The notes under the pieces: generated by a model
What the model saw: the letters and a program-made list of their open reading frames with translations, nothing else
Databases searched by the model: none
Told to the model about the DNA's origin: nothing
Source: Clostridia bacterium
Lineage (GTDB): Bacteria; Bacillota; Limnochordia; DTU080; RSA5
Length of the DNA stretch: 64,000 nucleotides
Direction of reading: 5' to 3'
Assembly: GCA_002919235.1 (NCBI GenBank)
Contig: PKEX01000008.1
Location: 138,530 to 202,529, forward strand
Made by a program: the position numbers and the translations under genes
Shown here: one piece after another, positions 59,146 to 64,000 of the stretch
Layout of the letters: the number at the start of each line of letters is the position of its first letter
Numbering within the stretch: the first letter of the stretch is position 1

Positions 59146-59458
59146 GGGGTCCATCGACCTCCTCTCTCTCTCCCACGAGTTCCGTCAACGCCGCTCGGAT
59201 CTGCTCATCCGTCACCTTGGCGCCGTTGCTCAGACGGGCCGCAATCTCCGTGTGGATCTCGTCGTGAACCCACAAGTGGCGGATATTCTTCTTTTTCGGC
59301 TTGGCCACCGTCCGCTTCACCCCGTCGGCGACCAGGGCGAAACGTTCCTCGACGACGTCAAGGACCAGGTAGTGAGCGCCGATGTCTCTTCCCGCCGACG
59401 ACGTCACCCACTGCCCGGGCTTCACCGAGACCAAGTGGCCATCGACCTCCCGTCCCAT
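59123..59458 (-). CDS. KOW-domain (L14e-like) RNA-binding protein
   Basis: [11 protein letters not shown]...ADG...PKKKNIRHL, in the usual Firmicutes position between map and infA. Start may lie further downstream. Confidence 0.85.
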   Translation of the reverse strand: MGREVDGHLVSVKPGQWVTSSAGRDIGAHYLVLDVVEERFALVADGVKRTVAKPKKKNIRHLWVHDEIHTEIAARLSNGAKVTDEQIRAALTELVGEREEVDGPHGQAGRH

Positions 59459-59459
59459 C

Positions 59460-60206
59460 CTAAAGCGCCGTCAGCACCACGGGACCGTCTTCCGTGATCG
59501 CGACCGTGTGCTCGAAGTGGACCGAGAGGCTGCGATCCCGCGTCACCACGGTCCAGCGGTCGCTCAGGATCTCCACCTCGTAGCCGCCGGCGTTCACCAT
59601 CGGCTCGATGGCCAGGGTCATCCCCGGCTTGAGCCGCGGCCCCCGGTTGGGCGGCCCGAAATTGGGCACCTGGGGCGCCTCGTGCATCGAGCGCCCGATC
59701 CCGTGTCCCACGAAGTCCCGCACGACGGAGAAGCCTCGCGACTCGACGTACACTTGCACCGCGTGGGAGATATCGGAGAGGCGGTTTCCCGGTCGCGCCT
59801 TCTCAATCCCCGCGTACAGCGCCCCTTCGCCGGCGCGCAGGAGCGCCTGCGCCGCCTCGTCCACCTCGCCGACGGGATACGTCCAGGCCGCGTCACCGTG
59901 GAAGCCGTCGACGATGGCGCCGATATCGACGCTGACGATGTCCCCTTCCCGGAGCACCGTATTCCCGGGAATCCCATGGACCACTTGCTCGTTGACCGAA
60001 ACGCATATATTCGCCGGATAGCCCTGATATCCTTTAAACGAGGGGATGGCTCCCTCCGCCTTCAAGACTTCCAGCGCCAGTGCGTCCAGGTCCTTGGTGC
60101 GGATTCCCGGTCGGATCGCTTCCGCGATCCGGCGATGAGCCAGGGCGACCACCCTTCCGGCTCGCCGCATCGCCTCAATCTCCTCGGGAGACTTGAGGAT
60201 GATCAT
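59460..60206 (-). CDS. map: Methionine aminopeptidase type I
   Basis: VVHGIP, DIG...GD, GHGIG, IEPM, HFEHT. Confidence 0.97.
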   Translation of the reverse strand: MIILKSPEEIEAMRRAGRVVALAHRRIAEAIRPGIRTKDLDALALEVLKAEGAIPSFKGYQGYPANICVSVNEQVVHGIPGNTVLREGDIVSVDIGAIVDGFHGDAAWTYPVGEVDEAAQALLRAGEGALYAGIEKARPGNRLSDISHAVQVYVESRGFSVVRDFVGHGIGRSMHEAPQVPNFGPPNRGPRLKPGMTLAIEPMVNAGGYEVEILSDRWTVVTRDRSLSVHFEHTVAITEDGPVVLTAL

Positions 60207-60880
60207 CGCGCTGCCTCACCGCGACGCTGCGCCTCTCTAATCTTTTCAAGCTGCGCCACGATGTCCTGAAACACCTGGTCGATGGGCCGCTCTCCGTCCA
60301 CCGAGACCAGGATTCCCTGCTCGGCGTAGTAGGTCAGCACCGGGTGCGTCTGGTCCATGAACACCTTCAGCCGGTGCAGCGCCGTCTCCACCGTGTCGTC
60401 GGGCCGCTGGACCAAAGGCCCGCCGCACTCCGCACACCGGCCGTCCAGCTCCGGGTGATGTGCCCGGTTGTACGTGGCGCCGCACTGGGAGCAGATCACT
60501 CGCTCCGAGATGCGGCGGACGGCCTCCTCCTCGGAGATCTCGATATTGACGGCAGCGTCCAGCGCCTTGCCCAGCTCCGGCAGGGCCCGGTCCAGGGCGA
60601 TGGCCTGCGGCACCGTCCGGGGGAAACCGTCGAGGATGAACCCCCTCGCACAGTCGTCCTGCCTCAGCCTCTCCTTGACGATCTCGATCGAGATGTCATC
60701 GGGAACCAGCTCCCCCCGGTCGATATACTCCTTGGCCTTCGCTCCCAGAGGACCGCCGGAGCGGATCGCCGCCCGGAACATCGCGCCGGTGGATATGTGG
60801 GGCACATCCAACTGCTCGGACAAAAGCTCCCCTTGCGTGCCCTTGCCCGCGCCCGGCAATCCCATCAGGACCAGCTGCAC
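60203..60880 (-). CDS. adk: Adenylate kinase with zinc LID
   Basis: GLPGAGKGTQ, LDGFPRT, CSQC...CAEC. Confidence 0.97.
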   Translation of the reverse strand: MQLVLMGLPGAGKGTQGELLSEQLDVPHISTGAMFRAAIRSGGPLGAKAKEYIDRGELVPDDISIEIVKERLRQDDCARGFILDGFPRTVPQAIALDRALPELGKALDAAVNIEISEEEAVRRISERVICSQCGATYNRAHHPELDGRCAECGGPLVQRPDDTVETALHRLKVFMDQTHPVLTYYAEQGILVSVDGERPIDQVFQDIVAQLEKIREAQRRGEAAR

Positions 60881-60902
60881 CTGCCGAGCACCCCCTCGCC
60901 TG

Positions 60903-62174
60903 TTACTTCAAGAAGCCCTCGTAATGCCTCATCAGCAAGTGCGCTTCGATCTGCTTCATCGTATCCAGCGCGACGCCGACGACGATCAAGAGGCTCGTGC
61001 CGCCGAAGAACACGAAGGCCATAGGGAGCTGCGTGATCGCCGACATCACGTACGGCAAGACCGCGATGAAGGCGAGGAAGATCGCGCCTGCCAAGGTGAT
61101 CCGGGTCAGGATGCGATCCAGATACTCCGCCGTGGGCCTGCCCGGCCGCAGGCCGGGGACGAAGCCCCCGTGCTTGCGCATGTTGTTGGCCACTTCCACC
61201 GGGTTGAACGTCACGGCGGTATAAAAATACGTAAAGAAGATCACCAGCAGTGCGTAGGAGACCACGTAGAAGGTGCTGCCGATGCCGAACCACCGGGTCA
61301 CCGCCGGCGCGATGGCCGGGATGAACTGCGCCAGGGTGAGCGGGAAGGTCAGCACCGACGAGGCGAAGATGACGGGGATGACGCCCGCGTTGTTCACCCG
61401 CAAGGGGATGTGCGTGGCCTGGCCCCCGTACATCCTGCGGCCCACCACCCGCTTGGCGTACTGCACCGGGATGCGCCGCTGCCCCTCCTGCACCATCACC
61501 ACGGCCGCGACGATCGCGACGAACAGCACCGCGAGGACGATCAGGCTAAAGGCGCTGACGCCGCCTTCGCCCACCGTCTGGAACGTCTGGATGAGTCCCA
61601 CCGGGAACTCGGCGACGATCCCCGCGAAAATGATGAGGGAGATGCCGTTGCCGATCCCGTTCTCGCTGATCTTCTCGCCGAGCCACATCAGGAACATGGT
61701 TCCCGCGGTGAGGGTGACCACGATGGTCAGCAGCGAGAAGAACGTGGGGTTGGTCACCACGTTGCTGTTCTTGGCCAGGACGGTGATGCCGTACGCCTGG
61801 ATGAGGCCCAGCACCACGGTGCCGTACCGCGTGTACTGCTGGATCTTCTTGCGCCCTTCGATCCCCTCTTTCGCCAGCTCCTCCAGGCGAGGGATGACGA
61901 TGGTCAGGAGCTGGAGGATGATCGAGGACGTGATGTACGGGTTGACGCCCATGGCGAAGATGGTGAAACGGCCCAGGGCGCCGCCGGTGAACAGGTTCAA
62001 GAAGCCGAAGATGTTGCCGCCTCCGATGTCCAGGCTCTCTGCCAAGCCGATCGCGTCGACGCCGGGGACCGGAACGAAGGAGCCGATGCGAAAGACCGCG
62101 AGGAGCGCCGCCGTGTAGATCAGCTTGCGACGGAGGTCGTCAATGCGCCATGCGTTCCGGAGCGCGTCCAGCAA
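60903..62174 (-). CDS. secY: Preprotein translocase SecY
   Basis: PYITSSII, GIGNGISLIIF, GGTSLLI. Confidence 0.98.
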   Translation of the reverse strand: MLDALRNAWRIDDLRRKLIYTAALLAVFRIGSFVPVPGVDAIGLAESLDIGGGNIFGFLNLFTGGALGRFTIFAMGVNPYITSSIILQLLTIVIPRLEELAKEGIEGRKKIQQYTRYGTVVLGLIQAYGITVLAKNSNVVTNPTFFSLLTIVVTLTAGTMFLMWLGEKISENGIGNGISLIIFAGIVAEFPVGLIQTFQTVGEGGVSAFSLIVLAVLFVAIVAAVVMVQEGQRRIPVQYAKRVVGRRMYGGQATHIPLRVNNAGVIPVIFASSVLTFPLTLAQFIPAIAPAVTRWFGIGSTFYVVSYALLVIFFTYFYTAVTFNPVEVANNMRKHGGFVPGLRPGRPTAEYLDRILTRITLAGAIFLAFIAVLPYVMSAITQLPMAFVFFGGTSLLIVVGVALDTMKQIEAHLLMRHYEGFLK

Positions 62175-62618
62175 CTAGATCACCTCGGCCTTCCCACCGG
62201 CGGCCTCGATCTTTTGGATGGCCGACTTGGAAAAGCGGTGCGCCCTGACCGTCAGCGCGACTTCGAGGTCGCCGTCGCCGAGGATCTTGACGCCGTCGCG
62301 CAGCGACTTCACCAGGCCCGCCTCCACCAGCCGTTCCGGCGTGACCACCTCGCCGGCGGCGAACCGGTTGAGGCGGGACACGTTCACCACCGCGTACTCG
62401 GCGGCGAACGCGGCGTTGTTGAAGCCCCTCTTGGGCAAACGCATGTGAATGGGCGTCTGCCCGCCCTCGAAGGCCGGGCCCTTGCCGGCGCCCGAACGGG
62501 CACCCTGCCCCTTTTGGCCACGGCCCGACGTCTTGCCCGAACCCGAACCGATTCCCCGCCCCACCCGGCGGCGGGCCTTGCGGCTGCCCGGGGCCGGCTT
62601 TAGCTCGTGTAGTCTCAT
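62175..62618 (-). CDS. rplO: 50S ribosomal protein L15
   Basis: RVGRGIGSG and FEGGQTP. Confidence 0.98.
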   Translation of the reverse strand: MRLHELKPAPGSRKARRRVGRGIGSGSGKTSGRGQKGQGARSGAGKGPAFEGGQTPIHMRLPKRGFNNAAFAAEYAVVNVSRLNRFAAGEVVTPERLVEAGLVKSLRDGVKILGDGDLEVALTVRAHRFSKSAIQKIEAAGGKAEVI

Positions 62619-62655
62619 GACGCCTCGATACCCCCAACAAAACAAAAACTCGCGG

Positions 62656-62835
62656 TTACGCCTCTTCCACGTGCACCAGGTGCTCGACCTTGCGGAGCAT
62701 TCCCCGGATGCTCGGGTTGTCTTCCTTCACCACGGTCTGATTCAGCCTCCGAAGGCCGAGCGCCCGCAGGGTCTCCTTCTGGTCCTTGGCGAAGCCGATG
62801 GCGCTCCGCTTCCACGTCACCTTGATCTGTCCCAT
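62656..62835 (-). CDS. rpmD: 50S ribosomal protein L30
   Basis: Manual translation [14 protein letters not shown]...[13 protein letters not shown]...IRGM. Confidence 0.96.
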   Translation of the reverse strand: MGQIKVTWKRSAIGFAKDQKETLRALGLRRLNQTVVKEDNPSIRGMLRKVEHLVHVEEA

Positions 62836-62848
62836 CGCGAAAAGCCTC

Positions 62849-63364
62849 CTAGCCGAGGATCTCCTCAGGCTTCTTCCCCCGCAGGCGGGCGACTTCCTCC
62901 ACGGTCCTGAGGTTCTTGAGCCCCTCGATGGTCGCCCGCACCACGTTGATGGGGTTGCTGGAGCCGATGACCTTGGTGAGAACGTCCCGGATGCCCGCGG
63001 CCTCCAGCACGGCGCGCACCGCGCCGCCGGCGATGACGCCCGTACCCTCGCTGGCCGGCTTCAGCAGCACCTGCGAGCCGCAAAAGCGCGCCTTCACCTC
63101 GTGGGGGATGGTGGTCCCCACCATGGGCACGTGGATCAGGTTCTTCTTCGCGTCCTCGATGCCCTTGCGGATGGCGTCGGACACCTCTTTGGCCTTCCCC
63201 TTTCCGGCGCCGACGTGCCCGTTGCCGTCGCCTACCACCACTACCGCCGTAAAGGAGCGCGTCCTTCCGCCTTGCACCGTCTTGGAGACGGGGTTGATGT
63301 CGACGACCCGCTCCTGCAGCTCGCCGAGGGAGTCAGGATCGATTCGCTTGCGAGTCAATGCCAT
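62849..63364 (-). CDS. rpsE: 30S ribosomal protein S5
   Basis: VVVGDGNG and GTGVIAGG. Confidence 0.98.
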   Translation of the reverse strand: MALTRKRIDPDSLGELQERVVDINPVSKTVQGGRTRSFTAVVVVGDGNGHVGAGKGKAKEVSDAIRKGIEDAKKNLIHVPMVGTTIPHEVKARFCGSQVLLKPASEGTGVIAGGAVRAVLEAAGIRDVLTKVIGSSNPINVVRATIEGLKNLRTVEEVARLRGKKPEEILG

Positions 63365-63384
63365 GAAACGTGTGCCACTCCCTT

Positions 63385-63750
63385 CTAGAAGTCGAGGCCG
63401 CCTTCGCGTGCGCCCTCGGCCAACGCCGCCACGCGGCCGTGGTAGAGGTTGCCGCCGCGGTCAAAGACCACCGCCTGGATGCCGGCCTCCTTGGCCCGCC
63501 GGGCCAGGAGCCTGCCCACCTCCCGCGCCGCTTCGACGTTCCCCGTGTAGGTGAGCTTGCCGCGAAGCTCCTTGTCGAGCGTCGAGGCCGAGACCAAGGT
63601 CCGGCCCTGCACGTCGTCGATGATCTGTGCGTACATATGCTTCAAGCTGCGGTACACGCTGAGCCTAGGCCGCTCCGGCGTGCCGAAGACCTTCTTTCGC
63701 ACTCTGAGGTGGCGTTTGCGCCGCGCTGCCTTGCGATCCACCCTTGGCAT
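63385..63750 (-). CDS. rplR: 50S ribosomal protein L18
   Basis: RPRLSVYRS and [12 protein letters not shown]. Confidence 0.98.
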   Translation of the reverse strand: MPRVDRKAARRKRHLRVRKKVFGTPERPRLSVYRSLKHMYAQIIDDVQGRTLVSASTLDKELRGKLTYTGNVEAAREVGRLLARRAKEAGIQAVVFDRGGNLYHGRVAALAEGAREGGLDF

Positions 63751-63763
63751 CGTGCTCACCCCT

Positions 63764-64000
63764 TTACTTGGACACCTTGCCCGCCTTGCCGGCCTTGCGG
63801 ATGATCTTTTCACCCTCGTACATGATGCCCTTGCCGAGGTAGGGCTCGGGCTTGCGCACGGCGCGGATCTTGGCGGCCACCTCGCCGACCAGCTGCTTGT
63901 CGATCCCTCTCACCGTGATCCGGGTCGGCTGGGGCACCTCAAACTCGATCCCCGCAGGAGCCTCCACCTCCACCGGATGGGAGTACCCCACCGAGAGGAC
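63764..64000 (-). CDS. rplF: 50S ribosomal protein L6, 5' part outside window
   Basis: [20 protein letters not shown]. Confidence 0.96.
   Translation of the reverse strand, partial: VLSVGYSHPVEVEAPAGIEFEVPQPTRITVRGIDKQLVGEVAAKIRAVRKPEPYLGKGIMYEGEKIIRKAGKAGKVSK

Noticed and set aside
60468-62603. 711-aa plus-strand ORF and similar shadows across the nuo and ribosomal operons
   Set aside because: Antisense to adk, secY and rplO; a stop-codon scarcity artefact.

Overview
A high-GC chromosomal window from a Bacillota (Firmicutes) genome. The Gram-positive-type LexA box, the KOW gene between map and infA, a YpiB-family gene and a LolA-fold gene suggest a diderm lineage such as Limnochordia (inference). 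It is mostly core genome. From left to right: an SbcD/YhaO nuclease with a YhaN-like SMC ATPase (cut by the window edge), tusA-moeB, fumC, a PAP2-GDPD fusion, mscS, a complex I operon nuoA-L,N with no nuoM, peptidases, nth, an S8 lipoprotein, a degenerate JAB-TM-LysM protein, lepB, a LexA-boxed imuB/small ORF/dnaE2 cassette without imuA, a LolA-like gene plus an RND pump, a class A PBP, a signal-less solute-binding protein coupled to a GAF-GGDEF cyclase, and the rpsI-rplM-truA/alpha/spc ribosomal operons. I saw no tRNA, rRNA, CRISPR array, IS or prophage. The best leads are the nuoM-less complex I operon, a candidate CRP/FNR-driven C-rich small RNA at about 25282-25392, the apparently cytoplasmic SBP-DGC module, the LolA-like/RND pair and the pseudo-JAB-LysM protein. 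All calls come from reading motifs by eye; no database search was run.
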